64,000 bases of DNA from Macrostomum lignano (Eukaryota), in NCBI GenBank assembly GCA_002269645.1, contig NIVC01001788.1:1-64000 (forward strand). The letters are read 5' to 3'. The position numbers and the translations under genes were made by a program. The notes under the pieces were generated by a model that worked only from the letters and a program-made list of their open reading frames with translations, did not search any database and had not been told where the DNA came from. Of this stretch, positions 22,937 through 36,200 are shown piece by piece (the first letter of the stretch is position 1; each line of letters opens with the position of its first letter).

Positions 22937-25900
22937 TATTACAGCTAAGCAGCAAGATTGTTTTACAATGTTTAAGGAATGGTTGGCATGTTTTCAGGAA
23001 AACAGAAGCATGATGACACTGGAACTCTGCTATTGTGTATTGACCTATTTGATTTACTCAAGAGCAGCATCATATCACTTAATGACTGAGACTTAAAAGA
23101 CCATTGGAGACTTTGATTTCATAGGTAGAGGTTAGAACAGTGGATGGGAATGAATGAATGTTGATCTTTTTAAAGCTTTATAAGAAGAACTATCAAGTTT
23201 CTAGGGTCAGGGATTCAAGTAATAGAGATTTTTTATGCTATGTGAAATGTATGGTTGGGATAGTAGGGGGCAGGGGCTAGAGCTAAGACAAATGAAGTCC
23301 TTGAAGCATTTTTCTTATACAATAAATAAATAAATAATAAGACACTGTTTATAAGTGATAGGTTAAAACTATTGTTGTCATTAATTATTTTTTCAAATAC
23401 TACTACTAGTATTTTATAATTATAAGAAAAAACTTGCTTTTATATCATATGAGTACTAGTATTAAATTGTTATCATTATATTTTTAGGTTTAGTAGGCCT
23501 TTAGGCTTAAATTTGGCCTATTTATGCAACATTTTTGATAAATAAATACAACAAATAAATTGATTTACTTATTTAGTATTGAATAAATTACATTCATTGA
23601 GTTGATTGACTTTATTTTGTTTAATATTACTACACAATATATATAGGCCTATATTAATTATTAGACTGAAAGTAAAGCCTACAAAAATAAGAAAAATGGA
23701 ATATAAAATTTATAAGTTATATAAAATGCTATGCACTTGTTAAATATGAAATTTGGTCTTATATATGATGCTATAATAGCAGTGTGAACAGGTCTCTAAT
23801 CCTAAATTAATATGATTATATTTTGAATTAAGTATAGTAAACTACTAATTAGTAATGTATAAATATAACATGAGAATGCCATGCTAGACAACTAGGCTAG
23901 GCTATGCTTAGGCTTATGCCACTTACATTACATATACAAAACTATAATATATTCTATATAACATAATTGCTTAAACTTGACTTTCACCATATGGCATATT
24001 GCCTTTTTTCTTAGTTGATTTAATACTGAATGACCATCAAATCCTAGGTTTTATATGCAATATAAATGCTATATAGCATCCTGACTTTCCAACTCACATC
24101 CTGAAATTGAACCATAGAATAGATATGCAATTTTGCATCCTAACACTTAATGCTAGCAAAAAAAGATCAAATCATTTATTTATGAAATAAAATAGCCCTG
24201 ATTCCTGGCAATGCTGGTATACTGTGGCTCAATGTTTATTGGAGGAATTGTTGATAGTTCAAAGCTCATGGGGATTGCTAAGATACCAAGGCTCATGGGT
24301 GGGGGACTTGGAATGGTCGCGAGGCATTTAACATTTATTTAATTTATTAAATTAACATTTATTTCGGATCTTATCATTCTTATGGAGGTTCTGAATGTCT
24401 AGTCTGAAACTTAATATATAATTTTCTGAGTTCTAACCACAAAGCAATCAATGAAAGTACATATGTACTGTATAGATTTGCAATAAATGTCTCGGAAAAT
24501 ACTTTGTAGGTGTCATGAATGTCATACACACTCATACGGCGACTCAATAGCTATAGCAGAGCTCTGTTCTAAGAATACGCGCAATTTGATTTCGATCCAA
24601 GAATCAGAATTTAAAATTTAAGAATGTTTTTCTTTTGTTCTAAAACTGTATTTTGAGGATAATTAAAGTAGGGTTGCTAAACAGCTGTGGTAAAAGTTTG
24701 GAATTTTTGAGATAACTAATATTGTACTGGGTCACTTCTGAATTTAGAAAAGTTATAATTTGTAAAGGTTCTGCATGAATGGTTCGATTGATCTGAAATC
24801 AGAATCGGCTATATCAAAATGCGAATCCTACAATTTTTGAGCGGGGGGCACAGTTTACTAAGGTATTAAAGTTACTTTTGATTATTTACATGTAGTCATT
24901 CGATAATTTATTTACACATTAAAAAATCTGACTCGCCCTTGCGCTTCCCCCCCCCCCCCTGTTACGATATCCAAGTTCCATTGGCACGAGCACGACTGTC
25001 TGAAGATTCTGCATGGTATTACATATAATGAAACTATGCGACGGCGGGGCCCGCACCCACGACTTCGTCCGCTCGCTCTCGACGCTGCGGCGCGCTATCT
25101 GCACACCCGCGAACACTTGACCGCATGACAACTTTTCTGAGCCTCAGAATCTGGGTTTTTTTCAGCAGAGACAAGGTGCGAAATCGCACCTTGTGCCAAA
25201 TTTCAAGGTGCGATTTTAAGGCTCAGAGTGCAATTTCTCTTGAGTCTTGTTTCAGACAACTGGGAATGTATATTTTAATATCTTACATAAGGCTATAGCC
25301 ATAGGCTATATCGCCTAATATGACTTAATAGGATTTAAAGAGCTATTTTGTTTCATATTTTAAGGCAGTGCATGAAAAATAGCTTAAGCATGGTTGCCTT
25401 TAAAGAAAAATGGATAAGACCGCACCTAAACCGCACCTACTTTTTTAATTTCAGGGTGCGATTTTAAAATTTAGGGTGCACACGCACACTCTGCGCACAA
25501 AAAACCGTGCCTCAGATCCTTTGCTGCTGCTGTTGTTTTTGTTGTTGTTGTTGTTGTTGTTGTTATGGTTGGTGTTGCTGTTGTACATGTAGTTGTTATT
25601 ATTGTTGCTGAATTGTTGTTGTAATTAAAAAATAACTGGAACACAATTCGAGATCACATCTAATTCGCATCGGTGCCAGCTGAATATCTGTAGCTTTTCT
25701 GTATCTTTCCTTTACTCAATATACAGTACAGTAACAGATACATGTATCAACACATACACATTTGCATCATACATGTAAAATTCAGCCAGTCCACTTCAAA
25801 GTGTGGTACATGCCCTCTGACATGCACCATGCATGCCCGAGAGTGTGTCCTCTTCTAACATTTAGCTAGCTGTAGTGTGACAGTAGTTCCATATACATAA

Positions 25901-27403
25901 AATACATCATGCACACGCGCAAAATGAACGAAGTCTGTACATGTAATATTCAAAGCTCCTGGTCTGGGCTGTTGTCCGCCGTCAAAATCGAATCCAGTCT
26001 GACAATTGCCCACCCGAACGCTAATCATGTTTGAAGTCTCGCCGTAGATAGGTGTCAATCGCACCTGCGCACGGGGGTTGGCCCGCAGTGCGCGGAGCTG
26101 CTACAGGTGGGGTACAGAGGCGGCAGTCTGGACAGCAGAGCAGAGTTTGCAAAGATTCTACCGTTGACTGGACATTTCGATTGAATCGGCGGCAGCGGCG
26201 GCGGCAGCGACGGTACTACACGAGCAGCGGATGCGGCTTCTGTGCCGTCAGGTTGAACTTGCAGTATCCTGCAGATCAGTAATGCAGTGCGCGAGTGCAA
26301 TAAATTCTAATCTTTCAATTTTAAGCCATTTAAGCCATTTGAGCCATTTTTTCGCCAGTGAAACTACTTACTACCAAGTAGGGAATTCGATCGTGTTCAA
26401 GTATTCAAAGGGTCAGTGGAATGGACATACATCCAACAGCTTTGCACTTGCTTCCTGCTAGTGAGAATGGTGCTAAAATATTGCAGTCAGTGGCTGGGAT
26501 CTGCTGGGCGCGGCCCTATCCCAGAATCTCTCCCAGCCCAGTGCCCAGTAGCTTACGATAATATATAGGTTCTTGCAGCCTATTTGGGCTTACATGCAGT
26601 TGAATTAAACCCAAGATACAAGATCTGTCAAAGCAATTGAGCTTTTGTCTATGGTAGCAAGGCTGACCCAGCAGCAGTTAATTTGGTCCAACAAGCATCA
26701 ATTTGGTCCGTATAGCGGCTCTATAGTTTCACCCCTAGATTCTCATTTAAACAGACTGTCACAAGCATAGCAAGATTAGCAAGATCAGCCCCAAAAAATC
26801 GTGTACCATATGCTAGACTGTCAAACGAACGTTAATTTTTGTTTTCGTTATAGTTGATTGCATTTCAGCATCATTTTGTATCGGTACAGTGAAATTTGCA
26901 TTAACACAACTGTACGAGTAACGATCGTACAGTCTCTATGAGTTTCATGTCCGCTATGGATCAAATTGATGCTTGTTGGACCAAACCACAGATACTATAA
27001 AATTTATAGTGTCTGTGGACCAAACTGCTGCTGTGCCAGCCTTGCTACCATAGACAAAAGCTCAATTGCTTTGGCAAACATTTCTTGGATTCAATTCAAT
27101 GCGCGTCAGCTCAAATGGACTGCAAAAAGCTGTAAATATCAATATCTGCAGGAGGGTTGCGGGCACCCGGGTGCAACGCATTCGGCGACATCGTCCCACA
27201 ACCGGAGCTGACAAAAATTCTGCCCATTCCGCTGACTCGAGCACATGATACAAGCGCGCCAATACTGTACGGCATGTGACTTAGGGGTTGGCAGTCATGG
27301 CTGTGAATTGCATGACAACCGCGCGATTTTCGTGCACACCAGCCCCAAATGAATGTGGCCGCGCACGGAATCGAACCAGGGGTCGCGGCGCGAGAGTCGA
27401 GTC

Positions 27404-28636
27404 TTACATTGCAGTCGAAGACGCCGCAGACGAATCTGTAGCCGTTGAGGAAGCAGCGACGGCGCCGAGCTCGGCTGCAGCGGCGGCGGCGGCGGCCCTC
27501 ACCCGCTTGGCGTGCAGTCGGCCGAGACAGACGCCGGCGACCACGGAGGCGGCAACCAACAGGAGGGCGAGCGGCACTGCGGCAACGGCGGCCACCCAGG
27601 CCCAGGAAGGACTGACTCGACTCGACTCTGTTGAAGAAACGCCGCCGCTGCTGCCGCCGTCGGTGCTGCCGCCGTCGGTGCTGCAGACCGACAACGGAGC
27701 TTCGAAACCGTCAGCGGGATCCGTCAGCTCAGTGCTGAACAGACGCAGGACGCCATCGGCGCCAATCGAAGTGGCAAAGCCGGTCGAGTTGTCGCTGTCG
27801 CCCACCAGACTGCCGGAGTCGCACTGACTGGAGGAGTTGCTGGAGTTCGCCGAGGTCACCAGCGGCGGCGGGCACTCGCAGGCCCTCTGGCGGCTTCGCA
27901 CGCGCTTCCAAACGCAGACTCCGGCGCTGCCGCTGTCCATCACGGTGGCCCAGGCAGTCCAGTAGGTCCAGGCGCACCACAGTGACGCATTGGCCGACGG
28001 CGTGTACTGGGCGAAATGGCTGGCGCAGACGGTCGAACTGGAGCTGCAGCGATCGAGATAAAAACAAGCATCTCACATCTCAAGTATGGGATTGAGTCAA
28101 GTTTGGGGATCTGGTATTCGAGCTCAAAGCATGGGATTAAATCAAGTTTGGGGATCTGGGATTCGAGCTCAAAGCATGGGATTAAATCAAGTTTGGGGAT
28201 CTGGGATTCGAGCTCAAAGCATGGGATTAAATCAAGTTTGGGGATCTGGGATTCGAGCTCAAAGCATGGGATTAAATCAAGTTTGGGGATCTGGGATTCG
28301 AGCTCAGAGTATGGGATTGAGTCAAGTTTGCGGATCTGGGATTCGAGCTCAATGTGTTCCCCCCCCCAAGGCTGCAAGAACTTGAACAGCTCACTTAGCG
28401 GCCATATCGCAATAGAACGGCGGATGCAGCATCAGAGACTGTGAATTGTACACGGCATCCTCGCTGCCACTGCCGCCGCTGCAGCTGTCAGAGCAGCAGG
28501 CCCGCTGGCGCACTGGCCGACAAAGGATCGCACTTCTCTGGCACTCCCAGCGCAGCCAGTGACACCACTGACCGCGGACAGAGCCGACAACAAGGCTAGT
28601 TATCAGAATGGCCTTCAGCAATAGTCTGAGACACAT
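27404..28636 (-). CDS. Orphan type I membrane protein with two divergent thrombospondin-type-1-like modules, 2 exons (28636-28395, 28043-27404), 293 aa
   Basis: Signal peptide MCLRLLLKAILITSLVVGSVRG, modules WCHWLRWEC...RQRACC and WCAWTYWTAW...RSRQRACEC, a Ser/Gly linker, TM WAWVAAVAAVPLALLLVAASVVAGVCL and a short Ala/Ser tail. The phase-2 intron (aa|gtgagc...ctgcag|c) keeps the frame. Confidence 0.7.
28085..28350. repeat. 45-bp minisatellite filling the intron of the TSR-like gene
   Basis: Unit gggattaaatcaagtttggggatctgggattcgagctcaaagcat, about 6 copies. Confidence 0.9.
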
Positions 28637-29659
28637 CTCAGTCTCAGAGGCTTACGGCGCACCGCTCGCTTTGGTTGTCAAAAACAGACGATGCGAAAAA
28701 ATAAATGCCGACTTCATGTAGCTTTGAGCTGAACAGGCGATTAATAATTCAAATCTAGGATGCCGCAGTGTGATGCATAGCGCGCTTTTCTACAGTAGTC
28801 ATCTGGCGCGAGACAACAACAGCCGCTGGAGGGCGTTGCTATGGACGCGCTGATAAGCTACCCTCCTTGTCCATGAATGCCAGAAAATAATCAGCAATGC
28901 AAGACCGACCGTGTAACTAAAATCACACAATATGCTTAAGAGTGCTAGAAAGTGAACCGCTTATAAATTTGTATTTATAGCAAATGTGTACCATTACGAA
29001 CTAGTGTTTAAGTTATTTGAAAAGCACAAAATGAAAGACTTGAGCAAAAAATAATCAGAGAGGCAATAAAATTACTTATTAAATATCAATAATAACCTGC
29101 ACACGCCTCCCCTGAAGAGAGAATTCGGTCGATACAATATGCCCTGAAAACTACTGATTTCCCATGAATCCATGACCCAGCAGAAGTCCAAAAAAGCAAT
29201 CCTAGAAATCCTATCGCATTGTCTGCACAGTGTACAGGTATGCAAAATATTACAGTGACTTTAGTTGATATCGGTATAGAATGAAACTAATCCATTCTGC
29301 CAGAGCCTCAGAAGTTGGCCTTTCATGGCTGAGTATCGCCTCAGGCCAATCGCACGGAATCGAACCAACTATACATGCATACATTTTTCGCAAGAGGCAG
29401 CTGCTCAGCCTCTCAATTGCTTCATCAGTTGTTTATTATTAAAGTGCAGCCGAGCTCTGGCAGCCCGTCTCTATTCTGTCCAGCTCTCGGCCGCTATTTT
29501 AAGATTTTAAGATATTTTAAGATATAGGGGCACAATAGTATTGATAAAACTCAATAAATTTATGGCATTATGTTGAATTTCAGCAAGCAATTTACACAAA
29601 AGCACGAAAACGTAGATAACTTTATTTCTAATACCCTCGTATTTCAAAGAGCAGCACAA

Positions 29660-30140
29660 GGGCGATTTTTAAGAATAGCTTAGGGGCGATTTCTAAAAAC
29701 GACTCAGGGGCGATTGGTATGAGAAGTTTGAGGGCGATTTCTAAGAACAGCTCAGGGGCGATTTCTAAGAACAGCTCAAGGGCGATTTCTAAGAATAGCT
29801 TAGGGGCGATTTCTAAGAACAGCTCAAGGGCGATTTCTAAGAACAGCTCAGGGGCGATTTCTAAGAACAGCTCAAGGGCGATTTCTAAGAATAGCTTAGG
29901 GGCGATTTCTAAGAACTGCTCAATGGCGATTTCTAAGAACAGCTCAGGGGCGATTTCTAAGAACAGCTCAAGGGCGATTTCTAAGAATAGCTTAGGGGCG
30001 ATTTCTAAGAACAGCTCAAGGGCGATTTCTAAGAATAGCTTAGGGGCGATTTCTAAGAGCTCAAGGGCGATTTCTAAGAATAGCTTAGGGGCGATTTCTA
30101 AGAACAGCTCTGGGGCGATTTCTAAGAATAACTTAGCGGC
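29660..30140. repeat. 24-bp minisatellite (gggcgatttctaagaacagctcaa)
   Basis: About 19 copies downstream of the FIG4 stop. Confidence 0.9.
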
Positions 30141-30250
30141 GATTTTGCGATTACAATCGATTTTTAAAGGCGATTAATCAATCACAACTAAGGTCAGATT
30201 GGCGGTAATAGTTTTATTAGCAATTATTTTACAGTTCTTACAGCAAACTC

Positions 30251-33200
30251 TCAGCAATAGGTTGCAAGGTCCGGCTGAATATATTGAGAATAGACTCTGG
30301 CGTCACGTTCGCTAACAGACGGCCCAAATACGGACACGTGAACGCAGTCGAAGCACAGCTGCCGATCGCGCAGTCCCATATCGGCCAGGCTAGTCCGGCT
30401 AGAATCGCCGTACACGTCGTAAAAGGCTGCTTTGGCCGGCGCGGCACGGCTGGCCTCGAATTGGTCCAAACGGAATTCAGCGGCAAAGCTGGCGTAGGCT
30501 GAATAGCGTTGACAATCGTATGGCGCCGGATCTCGCGCAGGCGGTGGCGCCGGTGGCGCCAATGAAGGCGGAGGCGGCGGCGGAGGCGGCGGTGTCGGAG
30601 AGCCTGTCCGACTATTCAAGCTCCATACCGGATAGGCTGCGGCCGCTGCTGTAGCGGAGGCTTCGCTAGCAACTTCAATAGCGTCTAGAGAGTCGGTGTC
30701 GGCGCCAGAGTCTGACTGCTGATGCTGCTGCTGCTGCTGCTGCACCGACGAAGCTAAAGAGCTCGACGATCCAGAGACGGCGGCAGCGGCGGCCGCGGCG
30801 GCTGCGGCGGCGAACTTGTGCACAGAACTGTACCGCTCCGCCTGGCCCTGGTCGACGCTTAACCGGCGCAACGGCTGGCCAACGCTGCCGATGGTCAGAG
30901 GCTTTGGCGCGGTATCCGGCGGCGGCGGGAACAGGGTGAGCAGCCAGGGCTGGTACAGCCGATGGAAAGCCAATTCGCGTTGCAGCTGAACTACAGGATC
31001 GGCTGTTGAAGCGGCGCACTGCTGATGCCGGGCAGGCGCCTGGCCGCTGGGATACGGCAGCTGGGCTAGTAGCTGGTCGGGGCACCAGGCCCGCGTATTG
31101 CGCCGACCGGTGATTGACGACGGCTTGGAGTGCAGATGCGCCTCGGAGCCGAGCTCCCACAGGTGCGGTTTGCCGCTGTTTCTAGGCGGAGGCCGGAATA
31201 CGCCCAGGAATAGGCTGATCGCCTGCGCAATTGCCGGTGGGATAAGCTAATCATGACAGATCAATACCAGGCTCGAAATTCCCAGATCCCCTTTACTTTG
31301 AGTTCAAAGCTAACATCGGAGCTCCCATTCAAACGATAACTTTGAGACGAATCCAAAGTTCGTCTAAAACAAGTCCCGATCCTAAAACAAGTCTCCCTAC
31401 TTCGAGTTTGAATCCCAGATTATAAAATCTCTCTACTCCCACTTCGAGTTTGAATCCCAGATCCCAAATCTCCCTAATCCTCACTTCAAGTTTAAATCCC
31501 AGATCCCAAATCTCCCTAATCCTCACTTCGAGTTTGAATCCCAGATCCCAAATCTCCCTAATCCTCACTTAAAGTTTGAATCCCAGATCCCAAGTCTCCC
31601 TAATCCTCACTTTGAGTTTGAATCCCAGATCCCCAATCCCCCTTCCCACTTCGAGCTCGACTCCCAGATCCCCAATCTCCTTCCTCCACACTTTGAGCCC
31701 GAATCCCAGATCCCAGATCCAAAAGCTTGGAACTCTTGAATCAGGAAAGATCTCATAACTTACCTGCTGCTTTTCCGTATCAGTAAAGGTATTATTAATA
31801 TAGCGCTGCAGCGTCTGGCCCAGATCCCGACGCCTCTGAGAGCCCCACACCGTGCGAGCCGACTTCCTATAAGTGTCAACATTGTGCACCAGCTGGGAGC
31901 CGCCGTACTGCAACGCCAGCGCGTCGCCGTGATCCTCGTACAGGTTGGTGATGACAGCGTCTAGCTGGGTATTGAACGGCGTCTCGTCAGGCTTGTAGTC
32001 GACCAGCCCGAGCAAGTCGAGCTGCCGGCCGGCCGCTAGCAGTCCCAACACGTACTGGGCGGTGTTGGTCCGGTCCAGGCAGTCGACGCAGTTGGTCCTG
32101 GCCACGCCCAGCTGCACAGACTCGGTCCGGCCGGCCTGACGGCAGAACAGGCCGTTAGCAGCCAGCAGATCCGCGGCAATGGGAGCGAATTCTAACAGTA
32201 CAGAACGGCCGGGCTGCTTCTGAATACGGGCCATGTCGAAGTGCCGATAGAGTAGGCAGCGAGACGCCGGCACAAACTGGTTGAGATAGCGAACGCTTTG
32301 CGTTAGAAGCTGGGTTAGAAGTACCTCGCGTTGCGAACGGCGCTGCTGCTTCATCAGGTTGACAACTTGGATGGGGCTGCCGTATCTAAAGGGGAAGGGT
32401 GACTGATGAATAGCTATCTCTAACTACAGCACACAAGATCTATTAAGTCATCAGTGACTACTATCTGGTCACCTGGTGGGTCATCAGTGGCTACTATCTG
32501 GTCACCTGGTGGGTCGTCAGTGACTGCTATGGTAGGTCACCTAGTGGGTCATCAGTGACTGCTATGGTAGGTCACCTAGTGGGTCATCAGTTACTACTAT
32601 GGTGACCGCTTAAGAATGGAGAAGGTTAAATCGGTCGGATGTGATCTATCCGGATGTGCATATGTTGCTTATTTTGAGTGTATGACCGGATAAGGTAAAA
32701 ATGCCCCGAATATCATATTTATCCACACTTTTATCCGGATTATCAATATCCCGCTGGAACTCCGTCTGATGGTCAGGATACAGTCCCCTATTCAAATGAA
32801 TGTACCCCGATTTTCATTCCGGATATTTACTCGGTCTGTCCGGATTCAACGTTTTTAACCGAATTTTTTATTTATTGTCATTGTGCAGGTGGCAAAAATT
32901 AAAGTACCCCGATCGATCCATCGACTTCCAGGCGGACTCGGGGAGCTTAAAAAGTTCCGCGGCCACGAATTCGAAACGTGGTTGTTGGCGCCAGCCCCGA
33001 TGACATTGGAATCCTTCCTTAGCGACTACTGTACTATCCGAATCACATAAGCTTCCTTCGCGTAATGTCGGCAGTCATGTTTTGACTAACACTACTAGAT
33101 GGCCCAAAAAGCGAGATTTCACAATTCACATGTGCGAACAGCACTCCGATACGTCTTTGCTGAGCTGCATCGGCTGTACTCCGTTCTAGCACACTCGTAC

Positions 33201-36200
33201 AACGCGTATCAAGTTAGCTCACATATGTGCGACTACGCGTATTTGGCTGGTCCACTGCACCATCAATCAGCTGGACTCATGGAGTCAATGCACTGCAGAC
33301 TGAAAGCGCGCCTGCGTGGTTCACGATTGCTAGACGTACAGACAGTGAGCTCAGTCGAACGGCATCTTGCGGCTGGTCAATACTGTATATTGCAGGCGTG
33401 TCGCGTGTCGAGTCGATGCTCAGACTGGGAAAGAGGCAGTGCCGTGTGTTCCGTCGGTTCGGGAGTGTGGTAGCACAACGGAAAAGGCGAAGTCAGGGAC
33501 ACTCCTGGGCGTTGATAGAATTCGACAGCGGAATTTTCGTCGAATTGTTTACTGCACAAATGCGCAAACGTCGATGTATCTCCTGTTTCGTTGCGATGTA
33601 CAGTGACGAGGTGACGAGGACGTGACTTGTATCGACTTCTACAGAGTGTCGAGGTCGGCCAGATATTTGGCTCTTGTGTCGTGTCAGACACATATCCTAT
33701 GGGCTAATTGAATCGTCGATTGTTTCGTAGTTTTGCTTTCCGACATTGACACACATGGTTTGTTTTTCTCTTAATTTTAAATACTGATCTCTAATCAAAT
33801 CAAATCTTAATTTTAATTTATCAGCAAACGACCCAGTTTTAGGCTTTGCAAGCTCCGTGCGTTTTCAGTCGCAAGAAAAATGTGCCTCTGCTTTGCAATC
33901 TCCAGTCCCGGACAACGCAGGACATATGTCAAGTTATATAACAAACGCAAGTTATATATATCGTGCCTTGCGTTTTCCATGATTTAAGATCTCCGGGGGG
34001 GGGGGTAAATGCACATAAGCAGTGTACAGCCACGGGGCTACAACTCTGCCAAATAATTATTGGTTGCATATGCAGGGACTCACACGGCCATATATGCAAA
34101 CAGCTAATGTGTGTACTACTAAGCAGGGTGAGCTCTAGATTAACTGTCAGTGTAATTGGACAATGTATACTTCATTCTCTAATGCTTAATATATTTTAAG
34201 AATTAAACTGTCATTTGCACGATTTCAATTGTTCCTCTCATTCCGTGCGCGGCTTCATAACTTATAGGAACGTACACGTCTACATACATATTTAGTAACG
34301 AGAGAAAGTATGATAGTATCTTATTATTATTACACGAAAATAAGACTCGTGTCTTTACGCACTAACTGTTGAAAAAATCTGTTGGTTGTATAGCGCGAGA
34401 AAACTGTTCGGTAGTCGCCTGCACGCACCCATTTCGTTTCTCAATTAGTAGCAGTTCAGTTTGCATTCTGCTTCATTTATTTTATCAGTCAATGCTGCTT
34501 TAATCACATGTAGATTTTAATCTAGCTCCTAATATTTTGCAGGTTTTAAACAATTCCGACTTAAATCTCATTACAGCCGGTTGAAATGGTTGGCTTCGAA
34601 AGGCCGTACCGAGAAATGGCCGCCATACAAGCCTCGGCCACTGGACACGCATGAACAGACCCGGCCGCCATGCAAGAGTCACAAGCCTCGGCCACTGGAC
34701 ACGCCTCACAAGACCCGGCGTGTCCGAGAAGACTCGGACACCAGTGATGTGTCAGTTCACTGTAACTCCACGTTTGATGCATTGGGCGAGCAATGGCGTC
34801 GCAGTGAGAAAATAAGGAAATAGGAACAAGAATTTTCTCGTGCTTTGGACCGGGCTAAGTTCGCAATACGGGTAAGCTGTCGTTGTTCATGATTTTCTTT
34901 CTTTTCTTTACATTGCATTGCGGCAAATCAATGATGCACTCTCACCCATACTTCTTCCATACCAGGAACCTGAAGAAGCAGTCAGCTGGACGCACTCAGA
35001 CGTGGCATCGATGAGCAGCAGTTGACGATCTTTGAGACGGGCTCGCTGGTGTTTCGCAAAAAAGATCTGAACTGCTTGTCTTTTTGTCGAAGTTGAAATT
35101 GAATAGAAGAATGAGTATATTTTATGTGAGAAAATAAAGAGCGCAGCAGTGGAAGCAAAGTTGGGCCTGTTCAGAGTCGGGAGCTGAGCTATAGATACTA
35201 AGTTTACGAACGTAAGAAATGAATCGATCAACTGAGTTGCCAAAGAATCATCTGCTAGAGGATGGAAATCCAGCACTTGTTAAAGTCTTAAACCGCATTT
35301 CTGGGCGAATATGTGAAGTTTTTGCTTTAGCACAGGTAAAGGGAAAGAGACAAAGAGAGCGCCCGTCTCTTATAATATAGCAAATTCATAAGCAATCGGA
35401 GGTCGAGGATTCTCTGCCTAAGTATGCCATTCTCGCTGAACTGCGGGATGTTCGTCAGCAACTGGCTCCAGCTAACGACCAGCTAGCTCAGCTGAAAGAC
35501 AGCGGCGCAGAAAAGGAAAACCTGTCCACGGACTGCAGTGCAAATCTGCGCCAGGTTAGCGAAGTGATTCAGCGAATTCACAAGCGCTGGTTATCAGTCG
35601 TGTCAACTCGCTTAGGAGCTGATGCGTGTGGTGGGCCGCCGTGTTACCGAGGAGTTCAATCCCGATGACTGTGAACAGGATTTTGGCTTCAAGAGTGCGC
35701 TAGCACCATCGGGTGTGTACCTGCGCGGTGGTCTGAACGCAGAGCAAAAACCGATGCGCTGCATCGGACGATGCGGGGTATCCTGACGCAGCGTGCTCCC
35801 GCTAATGAAAGCGTTCAGAGAGAGAGGCTCGTGCCACTAGTAGACGACAATCCAGATTTCGCGCGAATGCTTGTCACTGAGAAGGCTCGACGTGAAATCG
35901 AGGAAAACGTGAAAAGATTCTTGCTAATCCAGCAAGAATTTCTTCAGTTAGACACCTGCATTCCTGCCTTCCTGCAGAAAAAAGTTCCTGAGGCGAAGGT
36001 TCGTCGTCCTTCGGCGCGTTCTGCGCGCCATCTTCGACGACTCCGAATTTCTAACATCGACATACTCTATACACCGTTCGTCTAAAGCGAAGGGTCCAGG
36101 GTAATGCTTCTCGTGTGCACACCGCGAACTCGGCAAAACTGCAACTTCTGCGCCCGAAAGGAGTGCGTCTGAACGAGGACGACGTAGCTCGTACACGACT

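Noticed and set aside
25149-25508. Possible MITE flanked by the direct repeat gcctcaga
   Set aside because: The putative TIRs are offset by 3-4 nt and poorly matched, so support is too weak.
25855-27262. Short Cys-containing ORFs downstream of the TSR gene
   Set aside because: I found no consistent start, splice chain or recognisable domain.
27350-27430. tRNA-Glu gene
   Set aside because: It has a B-box and a CTC-like loop, but the T-stem and acceptor stem do not pair and it overlaps a CDS stop. It is kept only as the 17-mer finding.
33377-33691. THAP-like fragment (AHLCSKQF) on the minus strand
   Set aside because: It lacks the zinc-binding His and a convincing N-terminal CxxxC. It may be chance and needs an HMM search.
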